60,000 bases of DNA, taken from Malacoraja senta (lineage: Eukaryota). Both the position numbers and the translations under genes were made by a program. The stretch lies in assembly GCA_038087875.1 (NCBI GenBank), contig CM075989.1:12650001-12710000 (forward strand). The letters run 5' to 3'. Below are positions 1 through 12,704 of the stretch, in pieces. Numbering within the stretch: position 1 is the stretch's first letter; the number at the start of each line of letters is the position of its first letter. Under the pieces are notes generated by a model. That model made no database searches, was not told where the DNA came from, and was given only the letters and a program-made list of their open reading frames with translations.

Positions 1-1666
1 CATGATATAGACCAGTTGGATATTTGGGCAGAGAAATTGCAGATAGGGTTTGAGGTGTTACACCTTGGCAGATCAAATGTAAAGAGAAAGTATCCGGTAA
101 ATGGTAGGTTTAATTGAAGCACTGATGTACAAAGAGATCTTGGGGTGTAAGATCATAGCTGCCTGAAAATAGTAAAGAAGGCATGCTTGTCTTCATTGGT
201 TGGGGCACTGAGTATAAAGTCAGGAAGTCATGTTGCAGCTATATAAAATTTTGGATAGACACCAAATGCTGGAGTAACTCAGCGGGACAGGCAGCATCTG
301 TGGAGAGAAGGAATGGGTGACGTTTCGGGTTGAAACCCTTTTCAGACTGATGTCAGGGGAGTGGGCGGGACAGAGGTAGAATGTAATCAGAAACAGTCAG
401 ACTGGTGGGAGAACTGGGCCGGGGGAGGGGATGGAGAGAGAGGGAAAGCAAGGGCTATTTGAAGTTAGAGAATTCAATGTTCATACCGCTGGGGTGTAAA
501 CTACCCAAGCGAAATATGAGATGCTGTTCCTCCAATTTGCGTTGGGCCTCACTCTGACAATGGAGGAGGCCCAGGACAGAAAGGTCAGATTGGGAATGGG
601 AGGGGGAATTAAAGTGCTGACCAACCGAGAGATCAGGTAGGTTAAGGCGGACTGAGCGGAGGTGTTCATCGAAACGATCACTGAGCCTTATTAGATCGTT
701 GATCTCGCCGATGTACAGAAGTTGACACCTGGAACAGTGGATATAGTAGATGAGTTTGGAGGAGGTGCAAGTGAACCTCTGCCTCTCCTGAAAAGACTGT
801 CGGGGTCCTTGGATGGTGTCGAGGGGGGAGGTAAAGGGACAGGTGTTGCATCTCCTGCGGTTGCAGAGGAAAGTACCTAGGGAGGGGGTGGTTTGGTTGA
901 GAAGGGACGAGTTGACCAGGGAGTTGCGGAGGGAACGGTCTCTGCGGAAAACAGAAAGGGGTGAAGAGGTGAAGAAGTGGCCAGGAGTGGGACCCGTTGG
1001 AAGTGGCGAAAGGGTTGGAGGATTATATGCTGATGGGGTGGAAGGTGAGGACAAGGGGGACTCTGTCCTTGTTGCGAAAGGTGCGAGGTGGAGCATGAAC
1101 GGAGCTCGGGATATGGAGGAGATCCTAGTGAGAGCCTCATCTATATACAATTCTGGTTAGACCGCGTACAGAGTATTGTGTGCAGTTCTTGTCACCACAC
1201 TATAGGAAGGATTTGGAGGCTTTGGAGAGGGTGCAGAAAAGGCATACCAGGATGTTGGCTGGATTGGAGAGCATTAGCTGTAAGGAGTGGTTGGATAAAA
1301 TTGGAGTGTTTGCTCTGGACTGTTGGAGGCTGAGGAGTGACTTGATAGAAGTTTTAAAAAAATATGAGAAGCATGGATAAGATAGTTAGTCTTTCTCCCA
1401 GGGTAGAGGGCATAACTTCAACATAAAAAAAGGGGAAAAGTTCAGAGGAGATGGGTGAGGCATGTTTTTAACATAGAGAGTTGATAAATGCCTGCAATGG
1501 GCTGTCAGACGAGGTGATAGAACCAGATATAATAGCAACGTTTAAGAGACATTTAAATCGACACACGGACAGGGAATGGAGAAATATAGCAGGCAGGCAG
1601 ATGGGCTGAGTTATATTGGTATCATGATTGGTGCAGACATAGTGGGCCGAAGGGCCTGTTCCCTCT
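1..1666 (+). mobile_element. Degraded CR1 LINE 3' fragment, interrupted by a Penelope-like element at 261-1140
   Basis: QFLSPHYRKDLEALERVQKR.TRML.GL and RLRSDLIEV motifs; CR1-type 3' UTR gggccgaagggcctgtt. Confidence 0.8.
261..1140 (-). mobile_element. 5'-truncated Penelope-like element (Neptune-type): Cys linker, GIY-YIG endonuclease and 3' pLTR with hammerhead motif
   Basis: ORF 455..1150: CNRRRCNTC linker, LIYYIHCSRCQLLYIGE, RFDEH, VGQHFN, EQHLIFRLGSLHPSGMN; imperfect 22-bp TSD at 239-260 / 1141-1162. Confidence 0.85.
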
Positions 1667-1791
1667 AAACAAGTTTGTAATCAAAATAATGATGAATACA
1701 TCAAAGAAATTTGAACATCAATTCTGCTCAATGTGTGCACTAAGTATTAAGGCCTGGAAAGACCCGACACATTCTTCATTGTTTGCAATAA

Positions 1792-1998
<207 letters not shown>

Positions 1999-2232
1999 TA
2001 ACTGTTTCAGTGGAAATCAACCTGGGAAGAGCCTGCCACCTTGTGGTGTAATAAAATAACACAGCAAATCCTTCATTTGTACAGTCATTAAACCTTAATT
2101 TCTTTGGTTACAAATAAATTGAAGAGATCTTCGTTCTTGAATGCATGTTTTGCTGATGTCAGCCAGGTTAATGACATTATTTCAACAAATAGATTAAATT
2201 GCAACAACTAATTGTGAAATTCTTAGATGTCC

Positions 2233-3234
2233 ATATTAATGATTTGGATGAGGATATTAATGATTTGGATGAGGGAATTGAATGCAACATCTCCAAGTTT
2301 GCGGATGACACGAAGCTGGGGGGCAGTGTTAGCTGTGAGGAGGATGCTAGGAGGCTGCAAGGTGACTTGGATAGGCTGGGTGAGTGGGCAAATGCATGGC
2401 AGATGCAGTATAATGTGGATAAATGTGAGGTTATCCACTTTGGTGGCAAAAACAGGAAAGTAGACTATTATCTAAATGGTGGCCGATTAGGGAAAGGGGA
2501 GATGCAACGAGACCTGGGTGTCATGGTACACCAGTCATTGAAAGTAGGCATGCAGGTGCAGCAGGCAGTGAAGAAAGCGAATGGTATGTTAGCATTCATA
2601 GCAAAAGGATTTGAGTATAGGAGCAGGGAGGTTCTAGTGCAGTTGTACAGGGTCTTGGTGAGACCACACCTGGAGTATTGCGTACAGTTTTGGTCTCCAA
2701 ATCTGAGGAAAGACATTCTTGCCATAGAGGGAGTACAGAGAAGGTTCACCAGATTGATTCCTGGGATGTCAGGACTTTCATATGAAGAAAGACTGGATAG
2801 ACTCGGCTTGCACTCGCTAGAATTTAGAAGATTGAGGGGGGATCTTATAGAAACTTACAAAATTCTTAAGGGGTTGGACAGGCTAGATGCAGGAAGATTG
2901 TTCCCGATGTTGGGGAAGTCCACGACAAGGGGGCACAGTTTAAGGATTAAGGGGAAATCCTTTAGGACCGAGATGAGAAAAACAATTTTCACACAGAGTG
3001 GTGAATCTCTGGAACTCTCTGCCACAGAAGTTAGTTGAGGCCAGTTCATTGGCTATATTTAAGAGGGAGTTAGATGTGGCCCTTGCGGCTAAAGGGCTCA
3101 GGGGGTATGGAGAGAAGGCAGGTACAGGATACTGAGTTGGATGATCAGCCATGATCATATTGAATGGCGGTGCAGGCTCGAAGGGCCGAATGGCCTACTC
3201 CTGCACCTATTTTCTATGTTTCTATGTTTCTATG
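2233..3234 (+). mobile_element. Relatively young 5'-truncated CR1 LINE (RT C-terminal part and 3' UTR)
   Basis: ORF 2199..3038: SKFADDTKLGG, LQGDLDRL, RPHLEYCVQFWSP; (TTTCTATG)3 tail; 21-bp tandem duplication at 2233-2274. Confidence 0.92.
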
Positions 3235-3845
3235 TCAGGGCTCAATATTTTGAAAATTCCAAAATGCCCATTTTTCTGTGAAACTGATAGGTTGACAAAA
3301 TCCCCAGAAGGTGATTGGGCAAGTGCCTCCTGAGAATGTGGTTTCAAAATAAATCTAAGTTAATCATCGAACGAGGAAGTTTACATAGAGACTCCCTGCC
3401 CTGCCTTTACCCACCCCATTATTCACCATCACTCCTGCACCTTCCCTGTGATGCCACTCCAAACCACATTTTCCGTTTCTCTCCCCTTTCGGTATTCTGG
3501 AGGGAGACTTCTCGCTGCTGCCTTCTGGTGTCTTCCTTGGTCACCACCAAAACCAGCCCCACCCCACAGTCACATAAAATATAGCAACTTGTGCCTCATC
3601 ATTTCCTCCTCATTGTGCATTTGAAGGGTTTTTTTTTATTTCCAGTGCTTTGAGATGCCTGTTGGAGGAAGTCCAGGTCTCTGAAGCATAGAGCAGGGTA
3701 GTGGCCACTTGTAGATGTCAAGTTTTATACAGGTCTGAAGTCTTGATCTTCAGATAACCTCAGTGAACCAACTCTGCTGGAACAATGAAGGCAATGGTGA
3801 ACTTTAACATCAATGTCTACCGCTGGTAATTGGTAGCTCCTGAGT

Positions 3846-4080
3846 TAGACAATAGACAATAGGTGCAGGAGTAGGCCATACGGCCCTTCGAGCCAGCACC
3901 GCCATTCAACGTGATCATGGCTGATCATCCCCAATCAGTACCCCGTTCCTGCCTTCTCCCCATATCCCCTGACTCCGCTATTTTTAAGAGCCCTATCTAG
4001 CTCTCTCTTGAAAGCATCCAGAGAACCTGCCTCCACCGCCCTCTGAGGCAGAGAATTCCACAGACTCACCACTCTCTGAG
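3846..4080 (-). mobile_element. CR1 3' end fragment
   Basis: QRVVSLWNSLPQRAVEAGSLDAFKRELD; 3' UTR like that of 2233-3234; (ATTGTCT)n tail. Confidence 0.85.
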
Positions 4081-4169
4081 TTATGGGAAGTGATCCACAG
4101 GTCATCTGAAATGTTAACGGCAAGGAATTTGAAACATGCTGACAGTCTCCACTGCCGACCCACAAATGA

Positions 4170-4725
4170 AACATAGCAAGTGGTCTTCCGGCATCACCTT
4201 TCAGAAGTTAATGATTAGTTCCTTGGTCTTGTTGATGTTGAGTGAGAGATTGTGGCACCACTCAACCAGTTGTTTTATTTCTACTGTACGTTAATTTATC
4301 ACCCCACCCGTGATTCGGCCACCAACAGTGGCTTCATTGGCAAATTTATCGATGGCAAATGAGCTGTGTTTAACTACACCAGTGGTTCTTAATCTGGGGG
4401 TCGTTTGGGATTTGCTGGGGGTCATGATGGGGACACAAATAACATATCAATTTGTTGAGCCCATGTTTAGGAACCTAACAAAGGTACATACCACATACAG
4501 TATTTTGTTCACGTATGCACGTACTGGTGCCAAAAAGATTAAGAACTACTGAACCACACAGACACAAAATAAAGATAGTAGGACAGAGGAATAAGCACGC
4601 AGCTTTGAGGTACACCTGCGTTTATGGTCACTGAGGAGGAGATGTCGTTACCAATCTGCACCAATTGAGATCTGCCTATTAGAAAGTCAAGCATCCAGTT
4701 ACAAAGGGTCGTACAGAGGCTCAGT
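4170..4725 (-). mobile_element. Degraded Rex1/Babar-like LINE RT fragment
   Basis: LCNWMLDFLIGRSQLVQIG...INAGVPQSCVL in ORF 4539..4844; similar to the 23.5-24 kb copy. Confidence 0.6.
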
Positions 4726-6603
4726 GGTTGAAGCTTCCCATTGGTTCTGAAGGTCAGCTTTACACCTGCAGGAAGTTTGTTGTAGGTGAACTGTAGCATT
4801 GCAAGGAAAAGATTAGGGAATGTAATGATGCAGCCTTGTTCCACATGAGGTCTTCACTGAGATCTTCTATTGGTTGGTGTCACGACTTTCATACTATCTT
4901 GGAGCTAACAAAATGGAGACAAATTTCTGTGGGAATCTTTTAAGAGTGTTCCGCAGTCCCTTCCAATTACAGGAGTTAAAGGCATTAGTGAGGTTAAAAG
5001 GGCCATGTACTGCTCTCTGAATTGTCTTGGAGTATTCACATGGTGAAGATCATGATCACTGTCCCTCATGATTTATGGAATCCACACTGGATTAGGTTTT
5101 ACCTTTTCAGCCAATAGGACGAGGCAGTTGTGAGGAACTCTGGCAACGAGTTTCCATGGATTAAGCAGCAGTGTTACCACAGTCAGATGTGTCCTTTCTT
5201 GACCACGGCCATGATTAGGGCATCTCTGCAGTCCACTGGTATAAGGTTTATTTCCCAGATGTGGATGATCCGATTGTGAATTTGTGACTGAAGCTGTTCA
5301 CTGCTGCATTTATTGTACTTGCTGCTCACAACATCATTTCCTCAGCACTGAGGAGACTAAATGCAATGGGTAATCACCTCCAAAATGCCTACATTTGAGC
5401 CTCCAGTTACCTGCAGTTCTCCATCAAATTCCCCCCCTGAGCTCTCTGTTCATGTCCACTTTTCCAATGAAGCTCAATATGAGCTGGAGGCCAGCACCTT
5501 GTCTTCCAGCAGGGCACTTTACATTCTTCTATATTTGACATCTCCCAGGAATTAATATAATAATTTTACTATTTCTATTTACACCTTGTCCAACCCTGTC
5601 TTTGTCACATTTACTTGTCATGCAAATTTGGAATATATATATGAACACATGAGCAGGAGGTGGTCATTCAGCCCGTCGAACCAGCGGGTTATTTAATAAG
5701 ATCATGGCTAATCTGATGATAACTTAAATTCTACTTTTCCATTTAGTCCCTCTCCGCCTGGTAACCTTTCATGTTTTGCTTATGAAGACTACATTTCCTC
5801 TATAGTAAAATTATCCAAAGACTACTTTCACTGCCCTTTAAGGAAATGAATTTCAAAGACACACACCTAAGACAAAATATTTGCTAAATTTCTGACTTAA
5901 AATGACCTATTTTTAATCAGTGACCCTGGTTTAGATCTTCCACCCAGTAAAGGAGGCATCCTCTCCACACCCACCCTATCGAGAAACATCAAGATCTTGT
6001 ATACTTCTATCACCCCCTCTCAATCTTCTAAACTCCAGTATCCACAACTTAGCCTGTCCAAGCTTTCCTCTTAAGACAACCAATCCATTCATGTATCGAA
6101 TGAGCAACTCTTCTGACAATTCTTTCTAACTAATTTCCACCAGCTTTTCACTTTGCACTATTGTCCCTTTGGTTGTTGCCTGTCAGCTGCCTGCCACCAC
6201 CATTTATTCTTTTCTCACTTCCCTCTTTACCCTGCCTCTGCATTTGCTTATAATCTGTTTGACGTTTTTCTAAAACATTAACTATTTTTTTCTTTCCACA
6301 GATGTACCTGAGCTGTAGGATTCAAATGTTTCTGTTTTAAAGTACCTTAAACATGCCTCCATCTCTGCACAAATTTCTTCCTATTTTCTCACTTTTAATG
6401 GCAGATTTTGGCAAAAGCCCCATATACAACATGTCTCTGTTTCTAGCCTCTGCGAACCCCCCAGAATTGCTGATGCTTTGGGAACAGGAGATCTGTAGTT
6501 AGGACACCTTGGAACTAGTTGCAGTTCTCAAACCCTGCTATTCCCCCATGGTTCGGAATGCAATGGTTCAGGAAGTATTAAAACCTTACAGAGCTTTTTC
6601 TAA

Positions 6604-6756
<153 letters not shown>

Positions 6757-7083
6757 TGAGACAGAGGTGCCAAAGGGAAGGTTTCCCATTAACGCACACA
6801 TTCCTACCATATATATTGGAGATTTCAAGATTTACCATTCATGTATTTGGCAATCTGCTAACTGCATCATCCAATTTCCCTGTCAGTCTTAATCAACATG
6901 GTTCAATTACGTGATAGTTTCTGGGACACAAAATACCTGATGGTAAAACCACTGTGCTTTTGCTTCATGTCTTTAAAAAAATAAGTAGGGATTTTCTTCC
7001 AATTAAAATACCACACGATTTACTTAAGCCCACTTGCTACTTCTAGCAGGACACATTATGTGAAATTTCCCAGTATTAATTTC

Positions 7084-7759
7084 TTTTTTTTTTTTTTTAA
7101 TTTTTATTTATTAGAAGTACATTACATCACAGCCACATACATTAATACTCGTCATTTATATCTTCTTACAATTAATGTACTCCCTTTATTTTTTTTTTTT
7201 TTACACTAAAGAAAGAAAAGATTGAAAGAGAGAAGAAAGTGAAGGAAAAAGTGCAAGTGTAGAAAAGTGTAGAAAATGTAACAACAAAAAAAAAAGGACG
7301 AGGACCCTATGAGAGCGAAATTAAAAACAAAAAGAAAAAGAGTTAAGAAATAGGCCCTAAGAAAAGAAAAGAGAGAGAGAAGAAAAGAAAAACAAATGTT
7401 TTTTTTTGAGCATCACGTAAATAGGACATACCAACTCTTCAACTATCATCCCCCCTTACCCGACCTCAATTTTTTATTTTTTTAAAGTACTTTTGCACCC
7501 TATGTTTGTAATAATTCTATAAATGCAGACCACGTCAGGTGGAAGTGATCTGGTTTACCTGCTAGGAGGAGTCTTATCTCTTCAAGGTGTAGTGTTTCAA
7601 ACATATTTGAAATCCACATATTTATAGTTGGTATTGGAGCCTTCTTCCAAAATTTTAGAATTAGCTTTTTTCCAGTTATTAACCCATAATCCATTAATTT
7701 CTTTTGAAACACATTTAGTTCTGGATCATCTTCCGTTATTCCGAAGATAATCCATTCTG
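7084..7759 (-). mobile_element. Short 5'-truncated L1-like LINE (ORF2 C-terminus, 3' UTR, polyA)
   Basis: ORF 7500..7775 nearly identical to ORF 8617..8829; T-run at 7084; 14-bp TSD ccagtattaatttc at 7070-7083 / 7760-7773. Confidence 0.9.
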
Positions 7760-8224
7760 CCAGTATTAATTTCAATGGAGGGAACCCTCAGGTGCTGATA
7801 TTTTAATTCCCCATGAATATTTCTGAAGTTCAACAAAAGAACCAGTCATTAATGCAGGAAGTAGTTATTTTCAAGAATAGGATGGGTTTAAACCTTTTCA
7901 GTTCCTCACTAGCCGTTAGACATAACCTTAATGAGCTGTTGGGAAATGGTATTTAAAGGTGTTTCTGCATATTTTCAGTATGGAGCCATTTTGCAGAGAG
8001 CTACTTGTCACTCATGCAATGATAGTGATGTAGACACAAAATAAGAACCAAAAACAATCTGTATATCATTAATGTACAAACCCCTCTCTGTAATTACATT
8101 CCTACCTGTCTGCATACCACGTGTCTCTTGGTTGTAGCTGTGCAGTGAAGATTGGTCCTCCCTCTTTAACAGGAAACCATGAAATTCAGTTAGTTATACA
8201 TGTTCCTTCACCACAGGGATTATT

Positions 8225-11200
8225 TTATTTTTTTATTTTTATTTTTATTTATTAGAAGTACATTACATTACAACCAATTACACTAGTACTCATCACGTAT
8301 ATCTTATTACAATTAATGTACTCCGTCATTTTTTACACTGATAAAAAGGAAAGGTTGAGATTAAGAAAAAAGAGAAAGTGAAGGAAAATAGTGAAGGTGT
8401 AAAAACATGACAACAAGAAAGAACAGAGAACCCATAGAAAAGAAATTAAAAAGAAAGGATTAAGAGATAGACACTAAAGAAGAAAAAAAAGAGAAAGAGG
8501 AAAAAAGAGAAAAACAAATACTTTGTTATAAGCATCACGCAAATGGGATATACCAACTCTCCAGCTTTCATCCCCCTTTACCTGACCTCAGTTTTTTTTT
8601 AAAGTACTTTTGCACCCTATACTTGTAATAATTCTATAAATGCAGACCACGTCAGGTGGAAGTGATCTGGTTTACCTGCCAGGAGGAGTCTTATCTCTTC
8701 TAGGTGTAATGTTTCAAACATATTTGAAATCCACATGTTTATAGATGGTATTGGAGCGTTTTTCCAGAATTTTAGGATTAACTTTTTTCCAGTTATTAAC
8801 CCGTAATCTATTAATTTCTTTTGAAACACATTTAGTTCAGGACTCTTCCGTTGTTCTGAAGATAATCCATTCTGCTTTTGGTATCAGTTTTATTTTAAAT
8901 AATTTTGTAAAGATTTCAAAAATTTCAATCCAAAATTTTTGAATTTTTGTACAAAAACAAATGAGTGCGCTATAGTAGCTTCTTGAGATTGACATCTATC
9001 ACAAATGGATGATACATCGGGGAAAATGTTATAAATTTTAGTTTTTGAATAATATAATCTATGTAAAATTTTAAATTGTATTAAAGTGTGTCTAACATTA
9101 ATCGAACATTTATGCACGTTTAACAAATGTTCATTCCACCTTTCGTTTGAGATTTTAATAGCTAATTCTTGTTCCCAGTCTCTTCTAATACCCGTAGATG
9201 GTATTTCTACATTTAAGATAATATTATACAAATATGATATTAAGTTTGCTGATTCAGCTTTTATCTGCATTGCTTCATCCAATACATCTGCTGGGATATT
9301 ATAATGATCTTTTGTATATTTTTTCAAATAGTCACATATTTGAAAATATTTAAAATATTGATTATTTCCCAGTTTATATTTTATTTGTAATTGTTGGAAT
9401 GATAGTAATTTTCCAGTTTCATACAAGTCACCAAACGTTTTAATTCCTAGTCTATCCCAGTGTGTAAAAGATTTGTCTGTAATAGAGCGATTAAACGAAG
9501 GGTTATTAACTATTGGAGATAAAAGCGATAGATTTCTTAATTTTAAATTTTGTATTATTTGTTTCCAAGTTCTGATTGTACTATGTATAATTGGGTTTTT
9601 GTTATAATTTATGTTATTCAGTTTCATTGGTGAGAGGAAGATCGCTCCAATATTACCAGAGGAGCAGTCCTCTCTCTCCATTACACTCCAGTCCACTTGC
9701 TGGGCAGAGTTGTCCATCAGTTGGATCATATTTTTAATATTTACTGACCAATAATAATACATGGTTAGGGAGTGCTAAGCCCCCTAATACTTTAGCTTTG
9801 TTCAAGTGTGTTCTTTGTATTCTATGGGATTTATAAACCCCATATAAAATTAATAATGTCTGAGTCCAATTTAAAAAAAACCTTCTTTGGTAGGTATATA
9901 GGAATCGATTGAAATAGGTATAAAATTTGTGGTAAGAAGATCATTTTTATTGCATTTATTCGGCCTATTAAAGACATCTGAAGCGTTTTCCAAAATTTAA
10001 TTAATGTATTTAATTTATTAAGTAGAGGATCATAATTTGCTTTGAACATGCCTTGATATGTTCTGGTGATTTCAATACCCAAGTATTTAAATTTTTCTGT
10101 AGCTATTTTAAAAGGGAATTTTAAAAGATGTGTTGAGTCTTTCGGTTTTATTGACATAATTTCACTTTTATTCCAATTTATTCTGTATCCAGAAAAGGAT
10201 CCAAAGTCCTCAATTAGATTTAGTATGTTTGGTATAGTATTTTGAGGTTTTGTAATGTACAATAATATATCATCTGCGTATAAAGATATTTTATTATTTG
10301 AGTATTTAGTATTATACCCATGGATATCTGGATGTGTTCTAATTTTTTCTGCTAAAGGTTCAATTATGAGAGCAAACAACTGTGGTGATAATGAGCATCC
10401 TTGTCTGTTTCCCCTTGATAGTTGAAATTTTGAGGATAATATGTTATTAGTTAGTATTCTAGCTGTAGGTTTATTATATAATAATTTAATCCATAAAATA
10501 AAATTCTCTCCCAGTTGGAATTTTTGTAATACTTTATCCATATAATTCCATTCTACTTGGTCAAATGCTTTTTCAGCGTCCAGCGAAATAATTGATAATT
10601 CTTGTTCTTCAATTTTGTGTGAGTGCATTATATTGAGTAGACGTCTCATATTATTAGATGAATATCTCTTAGGGATAAACCCCGTCTGATCTGGGTTTAT
10701 TAATTTACTAATATATTTACTTAATCTTCTATCTAATGTTTTCGCTAATATTTTTGATCTGTATTTAACAATGCTATAGCTCTATATGAACCCGGTTCTT
10801 CTATATCTTTGTCATTTTTAAGTATTAGTTTGATCGTTGATTCAGCTAATGTATCAGGTAATATTTGTTTTTTAAAAGCATATTGATACATTTTTTGTAA
10901 CCGTGGTATAATTTTGTCATAAAAGCTTTTATAAAATTCATTAGTAAATCCATCAGGACCTGGAGTTTTTCCATTCTTTAATGAATTTATTGTGTCTTCT
11001 AATTCCTTGATTGAAATTTGTGCACCCAATTCCTCTTGTTCCTTCAACTCTAACTTTGGAAGATTACAATTATCCAAGAACTCTGTAATTTTATTGGAGT
11101 CCGTTGTCGTTTTAGATGTGTACAAATTCTCATAAAATTGCGCAAATCTTTTATTAATATCCTTCGGTATGGTTAGTAATTCCCCTCTATCTGATTTAAT

Positions 11201-12704
11201 CTTTTGGATCGTATGTTCTTTTTCTCGTTTTTTTAGCTGACGAGCCAAAAGTTTATGCGGTTTATCCCCAAATTCAAAGTGTTCCTGTTTTGTAATTTGG
11301 AAAAGTCTTATAAGTTTGGCTGATAATAGTTTATTTAATTTAAATTTCAAAATTATTATTTTATTATGTTTATCTATTGATGGATCTTTAGCATTATCTA
11401 TATCCATTTGTCTAATAAGTTCTTCTAACTCTTTGTTCATTCTTATTCTTTTTATTTTGAAAAGCTTGGTATGAGATTATAACACCTCTAATAAATGCTT
11501 TAATAGATTCCCATAGTAAAGTAGGCGATATATCTGGAGTGTCATTTATTTCAAAAAAGACGTCCATTTGTTCTTTTAAATATATACTCGCTTGCGGATC
11601 TTTTAGGATTTGAGAATTGAATCTCCAAAATGATTTATTCTTAGACATTCCTTCCAGTTTTAAAAAGAAAGTTAGTGGTGAATGGTCTGAAATCGAATTT
11701 GTATGGTATGCTGGGTTCACAGTGTGAGGGATTAATTTTGTATCCACCAGGAAATAATCTATACGTGAGTATGTTTTGTGTACCATTGAATAAAACGAGT
11801 ATTCCCTGCCAGTCGGATTAGCAATTCTCCAAACATCTGTTATATTGGTATTATTTATATAAGTATTTAAAAGTTCACTAGTTTTAGATTTCGTATTCCC
11901 TCTCTGTTTTTGGCTTGATTTGTCTAAATACGGATCTAAAATACAGTTAAAGTCTCCTCCTATTATAACATTTTGATAATTAAACTCTGCGATTATGTTC
12001 AGAATTTTATTGAAAAAATGAGGATTGTCAAAGTTAGGCGCGTATATATTTACCAAGGTAATTGGAGTATCATGAATTTCTCCGGTAACTATCAAATATC
12101 TCCCTTCAATGTCTGTTATGGTATTCTTTGCTTTGAATGGTATACCTTTTCTAATAATGATTGACGTACCTCTAGATTTCGAAGTATATGAAGAATGATA
12201 TATTTGACCTATCCATTTCGCCCTCAACCTAGCTTGATCCTGGGATTTTAGATGAGTTTCTTGTAAGAAAATGATGTCAGAATTGTACAGTTTCAGCTGA
12301 GCTAATATCTTACCCCTTTTAATAGGTTCATTACTACCTCTTATATTCCAACTGCAGAATGAGACTCCTCCTAGGTTCATTTGTTTAACATCTTGCATTT
12401 TGAATAATTATAATACCTTTAAATCTTGCGGTGCATCCATGTCTCAGGTCTTTGGGTATTGGGGGAACCTTTGCATTACTAAGTTTTGTTGGCATATCCC
12501 TTTTACGCTTATCACTAAACACAAAACACAAACATGTGACTTTATGTGGTAATAATAATAATTTAAAAACAATTTAAAAAGTGAAAATACAGTGTCTAAA
12601 ATGGTCGACACTGTAACAAGTGGCCCACCTGTAGGTGGGAGAAAACCTTGTTTCGACTTCCATTGTTGATGTTAAACATATAACTCCGTACCCTTGGTTA
12701 ATCA
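8225..12704 (-). mobile_element. L1/Tx1-clade LINE with entire but frameshifted ORF2 (APE endonuclease, RT, C-terminal Cys region), truncated before ORF1
   Basis: SWNIRG, LQETH, GGDFN, SRIDY, SDH (APE); KTPGPDG, SLDAEKAFD, RQGCSLSP, LYADD (RT); C..C in ORF 8890..9762; 15-bp TSD accacagggattatt at 8210-8224 / 12705-12719. Confidence 0.93.

Noticed and set aside
813..1160. Plus-strand ORF overlapping the GIY-YIG ORF
   Set aside because: Antisense shadow of the Penelope-like ORF.
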